Assembly: GCA_004764695.1 (NCBI GenBank)
Contig: SMSO01000025.1
Location: 1,240,001 to 1,304,000 of the forward strand
Length of the DNA: 64,000 nucleotides
Direction: 5' to 3'
From: Schizochytrium sp. TIO01
Lineage: Eukaryota > Protista > Bigyra: Labyrinthulomycetes
In this document: piece by piece, positions 10,612 through 22,251 of the stretch
How the letters are laid out: each line of letters begins with the position of its first letter
Numbering within the stretch: position 1 is the stretch's first letter
Translations under genes and position numbers: made by a program
Notes under the pieces: generated by a model
Told to the model about the DNA's origin: nothing
Database searches by the model: none
Seen by the model: only the letters and a program-made list of their open reading frames with translations

Positions 10612-13600
10612 TTACTTATTCTGTACAATTTTCAGGATCTCTTCCGGTGATAAATTGCGGTCTTGAGCGATTTGACCTTGAGCAAAACCAGGCGAGCCAC
10701 CACCTTTACCCTCCATTGCGCTTCCCTTGGCCAGTGCAACCTTGAGAATATCGCCTGCATTCAACCCTTTATTCTGGGTAGCGCAAGCAATAAGACGCGG
10801 ACCGCAAACGACAAGGTGAGCACGTTCTGGGTCTGCTTTGGCTGTAGCAGTAAGAAATGTTTGAAGGGCCTTTCGAGACTCCTTGGGCTCATCAGGGGTT
10901 AAATCAGGAATCTCATGAACCACAATGTTACCAGCACTTGCAGAGCCGCCAGATTGATTATCCTTTTGAGGAGTCTCCAGCACCTGATAAAAGTTGTTTA
11001 CGAAGTGACTTGATATCGGCCTTTTGCTTCTGCTCAAGCTCCTTGAGCTTCTCAATTGCATTCTTCACGGCATCAGGTTGGGGAGTTGTTTTCAAACGAA
11101 AGGCAATATCATCGATGGCATCAACCCGTTCCTGCATCCAGTGGCGTGCTGCAGATCCCACTACAGCTTCAATGCGACGTGTGCCTGCAGCTACACTGCT
11201 TTGATTGATAATCTTGAAAGGATACAAAAGCGAGGTGTTGGATACGTGGGTTCCACCACACAACTCAGCAGAACGAGTCACAGGCAGACGAACTTCGGGT
11301 TCACCTTGTACTTCAACAACACGAACCTCCTCGCCGTACTTTTCGCCAAAATGCATCATTACATCCATGGTTTTGGCATCCTGAAGGCTCACTACGCGTG
11401 TGTTCACATTAATAGCTTGCTCAGCGAAGGCGTTGACACATTCTTCGATACGATGAATCTGTGAATTTTAATCAAAGTATCAATATGATTGTTAGTTTCC
11501 CTGAACCCCTTCACAATCTTCTCCCTCTCCCATAATCACTATATTGGTTGGATGTAGCCCTGGAACGTATGTCCATGCGATCACTGAGTTTTTAAACGGT
11601 GACTGCGCGGACATACAGGTACAGGGCGTTAATTTTGCATTCGATACCCTTGGGACAAATTCACTAAAAATCTAAAAGTGCCCCTACACAAGAATGCTAC
11701 TCTCTCATTGCTAAACCTTTCTCTTTGATTACATAACGTATACTTACCTCGTCTTTGGTCAAGGGTTTGCCATGGGTAAAGTCGAAACGAAGGCGGTCAT
11801 TGGCGACAAGCGATCCAGCTTGTACAATGTGCTCACCAAGTTCAGCACGAAGTGCTGCTTGCAATAGATGCGTAGCGGTGTGGTGAGCTGCAGCGCCACG
11901 ACGAGAAACGCGATCAACTGACGCAGAAACTGTCTCGTTCACATCAGGAAGAGCATTAAGATCTCCCTCAACAAGAACAGCAATGCCATTCTCAAATGGT
12001 TTACAGACGTGCAGCACTCGGAATGATTCCTTTTGTGCGGTTGTGAGGACACCTCGATCGCTCTGTTGACCACCTCCCTCAGGGTAAAGAGGGCACGAGG
12101 ACAAGCAGACCCAAGTGGTCCCGGTTTGATTACCTGGAGTCTTTGCGAGAATCTTTGTAGCCGACTCATCAAGCAGAGAATGGCCAGTAAACGCTGAGGT
12201 GTGACCCTGGCCCGCCCATGCACGGACTTCCTGAGTGGGTTCGAGAGGTCCGCCTGTGCCGTCATTAGACCATGATGCATTGGCACTGGATCGGGCTCGC
12301 TGCGCCTCCATATGAACATGGAAAGCATCAAGATCTACCTTCATACCACGCTCATCAGCAGCACGCAAGGTAAGATCGACAGGAAAGCCAAAAGTGTCAT
12401 ACATTTTGAAGACAAAAGCTCCATCTACAGTTTGTCCAGGTGCTCCAGAGTCGAGATGGCTCACAAGATGATCCATGCCCTCGTCAAGAGTCCGGAAGAA
12501 GTTAGTTTCCTCAGACTCGACAACAGCTGCAATAGCAGCACGACGCTCGGAGAGTTCAGGATACGGATTCGTCTTGGCGAAAGTTGTCTCTAAAGTGGGT
12601 AACAGATCACCAAGAAATGGATCCCGAAGACCAACGCTGTGGCCAAAACCAATTGCGCGACGAAGAATGCGACGCAAGACATAACCGCGGCCCACATTGC
12701 TGGGAACCACGCCATCACCAATAAGGAAAGCTGCAGCACGGACGTGATCAGCGGCAATCTTCGCAAACACAAGGTCGCTCTTGCTCTTGTTTGGTGTAAG
12801 AGCGAATGCCTGTTCTACAAGTGGTGCAAGAAGATCAGTTTCATAGTTTGTCTTAGCACCTTGAAGAACTGAGCAGATGCGTTCAAGGCCCATGCCGGTG
12901 TCTACACACGGGCTCGGGAGGGGGTCGAGGCCGCCATCACCGTTTGCTTGGAACTGCATGAAGACGAGGTTCCAGATCTCAAGATAGCGGTCATCATCGT
13001 CGGCTTCTAGATCTCCAGTGTCAAAGAAAATCTCAGAGCAAGGTCCACAAGGAACGCCTTTACCGTCGCCCATGGACCAGAAGTTATCTTCTTTGCCAAG
13101 GCGTCGAATAGGCCCTGCTTCAGCAGGCAAGATCTTTTTCCACAACTCTGCGCTTTCATCATCTTCGTGAAACACAGTCACGCTGAGACGATGCGCTGGA
13201 AGGTCAAGGTCTTCACGCACAAATTTCCATGCTTTATGAATCGCCTCTTCTTTGAAGTAATCTCCAAAGGAGAAATTGCCCAACATCTCAAAGAATGTAT
13301 GGTGTCGAGCTGTGTACCCAACATTATCCAAATCGTTGTGTTTACCACCTGCTCGCAGGCACTTTTGGCAGCTAACAGCGCGCTGGTAAGGCCTTTGGTC
13401 TCTGCCGAGGAACACCTCCTTAAAGGGAACCATACCGGCGTTGGTAAAGAGAAGACTGCCATCGCCGCTGTCAGGCACCAAAGAGCTTGATGCAACCCGG
13501 GTGTGGCCATCTTTTTCGAAGCTTGATAGAAACTTCTCACGCACTTCCCAGCTTGCCGTTCCAGCTGCAGGCGCCGACGACGTTGCGAGGCCGCGTCGTG

Positions 13601-13637
13601 CTGCCGTGAGCGGCAAAGCTCGAGAAGGAGTTCGCAT
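10612..13637 (-). CDS. alaS: Alanyl-tRNA synthetase, probably mitochondrial; two exons with an apparent +1 frameshift near 10965
   Basis: Exon 1 is 13637-11748 (LLFTNAGM, GGKHNDLDNVGYTARHHTFFEMLGNFSFGDYFK, DTGMGLER, HHTATHLL). The intron is 11747-11459 (GTAAGT...CACAG, phase 0). Exon 2 starts at 11458 (ELCGGTHV, GTRRIEAV). The C-Ala/DHHA1 segment GKGGGSPGFAQGQ is in another frame ending at 10612. The Arg/Ala/Ser-rich N-terminus resembles a transit peptide. Confidence 0.93.
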
Positions 13638-15496
13638 CGCGCCGCGAGAGGCTATCCGCGAATAGGCTCTGCTTTAGTCTTCTCTGCAATTTCGAGTTTT
13701 ATTTTTGTTTTTCTGCACAAAAATAAAAGATAAAAAATCAAAACATTCAATCAATTTGCTACTCTGTGAGATACCCTGGCAACCAGACGTGAACCTAAGG
13801 AATGTTCATTCACTTGGCTAATCTTCTCGCATGGCCTACCGATTGGTTTTACTCCATGTCGGCATTGCTCCCAAGGTTTTCAGATTTTCTTTACTCATGC
13901 TTGCTACCATTTCGGATAGGTGAATAAGAGCAGATTCATCAAGATAGCACTAAATTGTGTTCTTTACTACGCTGCATTATGCCGCAGCACTGGGAAATAC
14001 ATCAACGCATTGGCATTTAGGCTCTGGCTGCCTGCTAATGGAACATGCTTCGTCGCCTTGCTTACTGGTTTATGAAGGCTTGCCTTTTGGCTTTGCTCTT
14101 GCGTCACAACCAACTGCTCTGCCAATGCCAATGGCTGCCTTCTCGGACAATGGCAGTGCAAGGGAACGCGGGGAGCGAATGCGAATGTGGGGCTACGGGG
14201 CTCTGGCACAAGATTGGTGGTGGACAGCGGCGCTAGCAGGGACTGGCATCGATGCTCTTCCATCTTCGTACTATGCTCTAGCTATGGTGTGGTCGCACCT
14301 GGATGTATTGGCCCAGACGCAACTAGCTACTAGAGACATGTCGAATAGGTTTGTATGTACATACAATACATACTTACTAAGTGCAAGGCTTGCATCACCT
14401 GCTACTTACCTTAGGTAGTAAGTGAGTGACTAATTGCAGGCTGTGCCGAGGGTTTTGTGCGCAACCAATTTTGGGAGTACACCATGATACTCGATTCCGG
14501 TTTTTACGCAAGGAGGATAAAATTTCGCGTAGATCCGAGGAAACGAAATGTTCGCTGCCAAGCTTTCGCCAAAAAGAAGAACATCACTTTATACCTAGTT
14601 TGACATGAATCTTAGCAAATAGGACAGTTTGAAGTGTATAAACAGCGTATACAAAGTAAATAATTAGTAGAGCTTTGCTCCAAGAACCAGGCCGATGAAA
14701 CCCATTTTCTAATGAACAAACCACAAACCGTCTTTGATATCGTGTGCGATTCAGAGCGAAATCTAACTTACGATGTAAGACTTTATTGCTCCAATCAACT
14801 AAATTTAGAAAGAAATCACAGAAAAAGTAGAATATGGATTTGGATGTTAATGTTATTGCAATGACTTCTGGTCCTAATCTAAAATCAAAACGAACTCTGC
14901 AGATCTTTATGAGCTCCCTTCTGATAATTTTGGCTCCCCTGCGTAGACAAAATCATTTTGTGGAATCAAGAGCGTTAGCCCTGGCTCTTGTCTAAAGGTC
15001 AAATGATTTTGAAGAAAATAGAACACAGAAGAGTAAAACGTGTTGTACTCATACGTAACGTAGGACCTACAGAAGAAATATAGGGTGCCGTAAAGGAACC
15101 GGTTGTACCTGGCTGCAGTAGGTCGGACCAGTGAATCATGACAAGTGAAACAAATTTTCATCCTCAGTTGGATATATTGATAGAATGATAACCGGGGGTT
15201 AGATGAGAACTTTGGTTCGAACGAATTTCGTGACAGCATATTTTGCACTGTCAAAAAGAAGTTGGCCAAAGCTAACCAAAAGAGTCTTCTGACTGATGCG
15301 TTTAGAAACACTGCCAGAGCAAAAGAAGACGCAGACGAAGTAAGAGTGTCCATCAGCCCCACACCAGAAGACTGACAAAAATGGTGGTTTGAAGGAATAT
15401 TAAGACACTGCCACGATTACACATTGTGTAGTACATGGCAGCCCGGGAAGAACTTGGTGATCGGGATATGCAGCAAGCGTAACTGAGTGCGCTGTC

Positions 15497-16999
15497 TTAC
15501 GCCTTGATCTCGGTAGCAGCAGGCTGCTCGTCATGCATGGCAGGGTTCTTCTCAGCAGCTTCCTGAGCGGCGGCATCAGCCTGGGCAGCAGCCTCGTCAG
15601 CACGAGCGGCGGCACGCTCAACAGCAGCCTCCTTCTTCATGGACTGGTCAAGGCCCTTGCTACCACAGAGCTTTCCGAAAACCTTGGCAAAGGCGCTCTG
15701 CTTCTTCTCCTTCTTCTGGGCATTGCTGATGGGAGTGGCCTCAGTAGCAGCAGGGATCTCAGTAGCAGCCATCTCCTCCGCGGCCATCTTGGCAGCCACG
15801 GGGTCCTCCTGGGCCGGGGTCTCACGAGACTGCTCAACCTTGGACTCCTCGTCGTTGCTCTCGACAACGGCAGTGATGACCTGCTCAGTGACAGGGCCGG
15901 CTTCCTCAACCTGGGGGACGCGGTCCTCCTGCTTCACTGCCTTGTCAGCAGTGGTCTCAACCTCCTCGATCTCATCCTCGTGAGCGGTGGCCTCCGATTT
16001 GGAGTCATCGTTGTCATCCTTGTTGGCAACAGCTTCAGCAACGGCGGTCTCAGCAGCAACAACAGCAGCTTCGACGGAGCCAGTTCCGGCCTGAGCCATC
16101 TCGTTGACGGTGACTCCAGCCTCGGTGGCCTCCTCCTTGATGGAGTCGGCAGAAGCGGCCATTTGGTTGACAGAGGTCTCAGCGGCGGTGGAAGCAGCAG
16201 CAATGTTCTTCTTTGAACCAGAGCGGAGCTTCTTCTCGCTGCTGTGCTTGGCGCTGAAGAGGCGAGTGAAGAAGTTAGCGGGCTTCTTCTCAGTCTTAGC
16301 AGGCTCGGTCTCCGAGGGAAGGGTTTCGTTCTCAACTTGCTTCACCTCCTCAGTGGTGGCAGCGGCGGTAGCAGCGGCAGTGGCATCAGTGGCCTCGGTG
16401 GCGTCAGTGCCAAGAAGAGCATCCTTGGCCGCGGTAACATTCTCGACGACGGTGTCCTTAGCCTTAGTAGCCATCTCGGAAAGTGCCTCAGTGGTGGTCT
16501 GGGTCTCCTCGGTAGCGGTAGCCTCGGTGGCGGCCTGGGCCTCGGTGGCAGCAGCCTTAGTCTCGGTGGCGAGGCTGGAGGTGACCTCGGTGGTCTGCTT
16601 GGTTGCATCCTCAGTAGCCTTCTCGATGGCAGCGTTGGCTTCGACAGAGGCGTCGTGGGCCTCTTGAGCAGCCTCAGCAGCCTGAGCCTTGGCAGCCTCA
16701 ACGGACTTTTTCTTGTCGCTGGTGCGCTTGGTGAACATTGAGCCAAAGATGTTCTTCTTCTTCTTGGCCTCCTCAACGGTGGATTTGGCCTTTGAATCGG
16801 CCTCGGCAAGAGCGGCTTCAGCTTCCTCCTTCTTCTCGACAGCCTTCTCTTCAGCGGCCTCAACAACCTTAACGGCCTCGGACTTTACTTCCTCGGAGGC
16901 ATCCTGGATGGTGGGGGTCTCAGTCTGGGGGACCTCAGCCTCCTTGACGGCGTTCTGGACCTCGGTTTGGGCTTCGTGGGCGTCCTGTGCAAGTGCCAT
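15497..16999 (-). CDS. Acidic Ala/Glu/Thr-rich low-complexity protein with three basic amphipathic motifs
   Basis: 500-aa ORF with strong codon bias (GAG, GCC, ACC, AAG) and an A-rich start context (ACAAAATG). No globular domain was recognised. Confidence 0.85.
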   Translation of the reverse strand: MALAQDAHEAQTEVQNAVKEAEVPQTETPTIQDASEEVKSEAVKVVEAAEEKAVEKKEEAEAALAEADSKAKSTVEEAKKKKNIFGSMFTKRTSDKKKSVEAAKAQAAEAAQEAHDASVEANAAIEKATEDATKQTTEVTSSLATETKAAATEAQAATEATATEETQTTTEALSEMATKAKDTVVENVTAAKDALLGTDATEATDATAAATAAATTEEVKQVENETLPSETEPAKTEKKPANFFTRLFSAKHSSEKKLRSGSKKNIAAASTAAETSVNQMAASADSIKEEATEAGVTVNEMAQAGTGSVEAAVVAAETAVAEAVANKDDNDDSKSEATAHEDEIEEVETTADKAVKQEDRVPQVEEAGPVTEQVITAVVESNDEESKVEQSRETPAQEDPVAAKMAAEEMAATEIPAATEATPISNAQKKEKKQSAFAKVFGKLCGSKGLDQSMKKEAAVERAAARADEAAAQADAAAQEAAEKNPAMHDEQPAATEIKA

Positions 17000-18074
17000 T
17001 TTGTATATTTCTAAAAGACTTGGAGTTGGTTTATGCTGTTATTCACACAGGCAATACAACACCTTCGTTAGTTTTCCTGTTGCTGTTTTGCTTGCCTTGC
17101 AATTTCAGATTTGCTCACCCCATTTTCCCGCCCTCGCTTCTTGTCACACCGCACACCAAAGCACCCAGTATCTGCGCAACACAAACTACCCTCTTCTGTC
17201 CCCAGTTCATAGCATTCAGTGGAGACCTAAGTCCCTTGTCTTTCCTGAAGACAGCGAGACAGCGGCTAGCCAGCGAGAGTCACTTGATTCCAAAACGAGG
17301 CAAGCCACCCAAAAAAAAGGTAATTAAAAAGAAAGAAAGAAAAAAGTGAAAAGCAGCAGGAGACAGAGATGACAAAGTTGAGAAGCGCAGGAGAGCCATT
17401 CGGTTCTCCAGCAAGACACTCTCGCTCGCTCGCTCGCTCGCTATCGCTCAGACTTTCACAGCTGGGTGAGTTTCGCATCACAGTTAAATGTAGAACACTA
17501 GAACCGCAAAACAACCCCTCCCGCTCGACGCGACTCGAAGATGAACTTTAAAAAGTGAACAGGTGAAAAAAAAGGAAGCACTTGGAAAGAAAAGGAAAAA
17601 GAAAAAAGGGAAAAAGGACACACGTGACAGACTCACAGAAGAAAAAGAGGGAAAAGAATTCTTTTCGAAAGAAAGAGGAAGCGCATCGAGGAACACCTCG
17701 GCAACAAACTCGAGGGGACAGCGCGGCCGCTGGACTGACTCACTTGCCGCCGCCACGCTTGCTTCACGAGCCACTTCGCGTCTTTACTCTGAAGAAAACT
17801 ACTCCACAAAGTGCTTCCAACCTAGCCATGCCTCGTTCTGCATATAACACAGTCACTGCTGATCGCTCAGTCAGGTATGTTCGATCCAGCCATGCCCGCT
17901 CACTGGCTCCGTCGCCAAGGCTGCCATTTTGCCAGAGCCACCCAAAGCGAAAGCGAACGTCCAAAAGGGCTTTTTAAAATTGCTCCTTCAACATTGCTAT
18001 GGCTTTGTGGCAGCGGTAGCGGTGGTATATATGTACACGACCATGCCTTCTTCACCTTCTCGTAATTCCTGAGT

Positions 18075-18105
<31 letters not shown>
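18075..18105. repeat. (GCAC)n microsatellite
   Basis: gcacgcacgcac... run read directly from the sequence. Confidence 0.9.
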
Positions 18106-18886
18106 CTCACGTACGCAAGCAACCAAGCAAGCACACACGCATGCGAAGAAGAAGATTATACAATCTAGAGAATACGACGACGGGCTGCAACAATCATGTA
18201 AGACACTAAGTACTACCTCCCGCCTCTAGGCAAGGTGCAGATAGATACTTGATGCCCGTACTACAGTGTGGCTTTTTGCTTCACGGGATGTAAGCACCGC
18301 ATTTTAGTACGTGCCTATCTGGCATGCGTCGAAAGCTCATCGCCTGTCTCTAGCCTTTCTTTCCCACGAGCCAGCCCACACATGGCGGCCGGCACCATTG
18401 CGGAATACCACAGACCTTGGCTCCTGCCTGGCTGCGGTATTACAACCAGGCCACTGTCTCGGCGTTGTCTTGCTTGGTCTCTCTGGTCCTTGGCTCGACT
18501 CGACTCGCCTCGCTTGATTTGATTGTTTTCACTCGTCGAGCGCTCTTCGATTTTTCTCCTTCTTGGCAATCTCCAGGCTTGCTGCTTAATTCTCTATACT
18601 TTCCTTAGTTTATTCTTTTCAATGTCTGTTGGTGTACGACTTTGATGCATGAGACCTCTCGCGCCGCTCCTCGACGGACGCGCCGCGAACCAAGAGCGAG
18701 CACCAACCGTCGCTTTGCTTGCGTGCGGTGGCGGTCCCGTCATTTCGCGCTCGTTGGATCGAGGTGTCTCTTAGTTCCGCTTCGCAGTCGGTTCTTCCGC
18801 CTTGCGCTTCCTTGGAAGAGAAGGCCTCTTTTCTCTTTTCCCTTTTCCTTCTTCTCTCGCTGTCTATCGAATTTTCTCTTCTTCCC

Positions 18887-18887
18887 T

Positions 18888-18939
<52 letters not shown>

Positions 18940-18941
18940 TC
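18887..18941. repeat. (TTTC)n microsatellite
   Basis: About 13 consecutive TTTC units. Confidence 0.95.
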
Positions 18942-20308
18942 AACAGAAAGGAAAGAAAGGCTACCAATAAATAAAGAGAACTCGAAAAGAAACTTTGAAT
19001 TTCAAATTTCTTCATCATGACCATGATTAAAAGTCGAATTTTGAATTTCGATTTCTCTGATGAGTTCTCCGTGCGGACGCCGGCCAGCAGCAACGAACGG
19101 CCTGGCCCAGTGCCACACCTGCCGCCGCCAGACGAAGAGGCGTGGCCGCTTCCTCCCTCAATCCCTGCCTGCTCCATAGCTACTCTTCCCTGTCTCTTTC
19201 AGCATTCAACTAATTTCTCCAGCTTCGAGTTGTTGGTACAAGAAAACCCGGTTCTCCGCCAAGGCAAGCAAGCGCTGCAAGCTCCACGACGCATCTCGCG
19301 AGCGAGATTGCCCAGCTTGCCAGCTGCTTTGCTTGCTCGGCGCTCGCCAGGCGCGATCACCAGCACCAGCACCACCGTCAGCCAGCCAGCCAGCCACGCA
19401 ATGTCTTTGCGGTGGTCTTCTGTCGCGTCGTCTCCGCTGTTGTTCATGTCCGCTGCTGATTTGATTTTCCCTCTCTTCCGCCCTTATTTGTTCATTTGTT
19501 GCTGTAATCTATCCATCCGCCAGCACAAGCTGCTGCACAAGCTGCTGGCGGTCCTCCGACACGTTGCAGCAGCAGCGAGGCCACCTTCCTCTCGCCGTAG
19601 CGCGCCGAGCGGAGCTCCTCTACTCCTCGCCTTGCTGGTCTGTCTCCTGTCTCCATGTCCACGTACCTCGTGAGCGTCTCCTCGATTCGGATTTGCTTTT
19701 GCTCTGGCGGAGCTCTGTTCTTCTGCCTCCTTTCTCTCCACTCTTCGCTTTGAATTTTTGAATTTTGAATTTTGAATTTTGAAAGATACACATACATTTG
19801 CATGTATATGCTGTTTTTTAAAATTATCTTTTCGATGGTTGTTCACGCTTATTCTCATCATTTTTGAAGAGAAGAATTTTTTTTTTTTTTTATTTATTTT
19901 TTTTTAATGAATATTATTTCATAATTCAATAGAGCAAGTGACTCCTCTTTTCTCGTGATGGCGCACACTCAGTCTGTAAGGGCAGAGAGGCTTTCATTTC
20001 ACTTTTACTTTCTCTTTCACTTTCTCTTTCTCTTTCACTTTCCTTTCTCTTTCTCTTTCACTTTCTCTTCCGCTTTCTCTCTCTTTGGAGGGAGGAGTTG
20101 GTTTCTCCCTTCGCTCACAATCACAAAGTTATGGTCCGGAAAACTACAGCCCGTGCCATTTGAGCATCAGCCCCAACCGACGAGTGGCCAATTCTTCAGC
20201 CTCGCTTCAAACCATTGCACGCCGTCAGCGCCTCCGTGAACAGGCGCTGCCTTCAGTCCAAACGAGGAGCGCCAACCAACTTGCAGCGTGGCCTGACGCC
20301 TTTATTTG

Positions 20309-20536
20309 TTAACTTATTAACTTACTAACTTATTAACTTATTAACTTATTGACTTGTTCACTTATTGACTTATTAACTTGCTCACTTATTAACTTATTAA
20401 CTTATTAATCTATTAATCTATTAATCGATTAATCTATTAATCTATTAATCAATTAATCAATTAATCTATTAATCTATTAATCTATTAATCTATTGATCTA
20501 TTGATCTATTTGCTTATTTACTTATTTACTTATTTA
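20309..20536. repeat. AT-rich 8-bp tandem array (CTTATTAA to TCTATTAA to CTTATTTA)
   Basis: About 28 octamer units whose variants change in blocks along the array. Confidence 0.9.
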
Positions 20537-22191
20537 TCCCAAACCATCATCGATGCCGCTGCTCTGCACTTGATCGTTCTCCCCCTCTCAAGTTGTCTGC
20601 TGTCACTCCTACTCACCACACTCTTTCACTCTCTCGCTCTCTCTACGTAAGTGTCTTTGTCTGTGTCTTCTTTCAAAGCTTTCATTTTTTTTATTACTTT
20701 ATATATTTTTTTATCTAATATATATGAGTATTCTTCTTTCCCTCTCCTTTCTTTCCATTTGAAGAAACTATTTCAACTGAAAAAAAGTGTCATTGTACCT
20801 GCTTTTAACTCAATATCAAAAACAGAAGTTTAGAGCATTGCTTGAAACGTGATGTAAGTATACCTGCTCGACATAAACAAACGTTCGTTCAAAAGTTTGT
20901 TTTAGGTCTGGCAGCACTCATTCGCTGTGCCTGTGAACCAGGAAAAGCCCACGATTAAAACAAACCTCCGCCGTAGCTCTCTGAGAAAGCTTGCTTTCCC
21001 GTGCTCTCTGGCGCTCTCTGGCGCTCAGTTTGGGCACTTCACACGAGGCCAACCAATAAGAATAAGTGAGAGAGAGAGTTCTCCAGCGACTCTCTCTCTT
21101 TCTGCCTTCTTTGAAGAAGGGGGTCTCGAGATATTGACTCTTTCTGACTCCCGCCCCTCTCTGCACCTCTGGAGGCGCCGCAGAGGGGATGCCCACCAGT
21201 GGGGCGCAGAGGGGCGAGACTTGAAACTTGCGAGAGCTAGCTTGCTTTCTCCTCTCAGCTCTCTCCTTTCAAAGCCTCCCTCGCTTGTCCGTCAAGATCA
21301 TCCAAGCAAAATCTCGGCGGACGCAGAGAGAAATAACGACGCAGGAGACTCTGGGCGGGGCCTTTGGAAGCGACGAAGCACGCACGGTCGCCGCAAGGCC
21401 CTCAGGCCAGCCGAGTCTGGCGAGCCTGGGGCCAAATCGACCTCGAGAGCAAAGCTCGAAGCCAAAGCAGGCGGCGACGACCGCTCTCTCTCTCTCTCCG
21501 TTGGCTGTCCTCAGCCACACGCGATGCGCCAAGTGCGCTCATGGAACCTCCAATCTTTCAAGTTCTTTTCTTTTCTTTTCTTTTCTTCTCTTTTCTTCTT
21601 TTCGTAAAGATTCTGCTCTGAAAAACCTTTTTTGTTGGTTTTTTGTTTATTTTTCCTTTTTTGTTTATCTGTTTATTTTTCTTGTTCTCAAGTAGAAGAA
21701 ACAGTGAGGGCAACAAAAACTACGAAACACCGGCCGCCGCCCTCCCTGGATAGAACTTCGAACCTGCGGATTCTCGAACTTCGCAGAGGCCCTGGCCAAC
21801 CAGAAGACGAGTTTGGAGAATGCATGGGTACCTGCCGTCTCAGGCTGCCCTGTCCTCAACAACGTGACGTGCATAGTAGCGCTGCCTGCCTGTTTTGGGG
21901 CGACCTCTTGCACGCTCGTTCGTCCTCTTTCTTTAAGCTTACTCGATCCTTCAGTCGAGATAGATGACAAAGGTGGTGCGTTTATAAGGGACTGGGAGGG
22001 CCTTTTCCAAAGCACTCACTTCACGTTGCGATGTGCAAAGCGATGCGGGGCTCTTCTTGCGCTGGCAATCGAGTGTGCTCTGAATGGACCCTGGTAGAGT
22101 AGAGCAAGTTCCAGCGAGACCAGCTTGTACTGATCTGCAAAGCCTCAAGAGGATTGACATCAGACACGATTAGAGCTCATGCACTGTACGA

Positions 22192-22251
22192 ATTTACATT
22201 TACATTTACATTTACATTTGCCTTTGCATTTGCATTCGCATTTGCATTTGC
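22192..22251. repeat. Hexamer repeat (ATTTAC/ATTTGC)n
   Basis: tttacatttacatttacatttacatttgcctttgcatttgcattcgcatttgcatttgcc. Confidence 0.8.

Noticed and set aside
13957-14418. 153-aa Trp/Ala-rich ORF
   Set aside because: It has a non-ATG start and no recognisable domain or supported splice structure.
15533-17327. Several overlapping plus-strand ORFs over the acidic protein gene
   Set aside because: They are antisense shadows of a low-complexity, codon-biased CDS.
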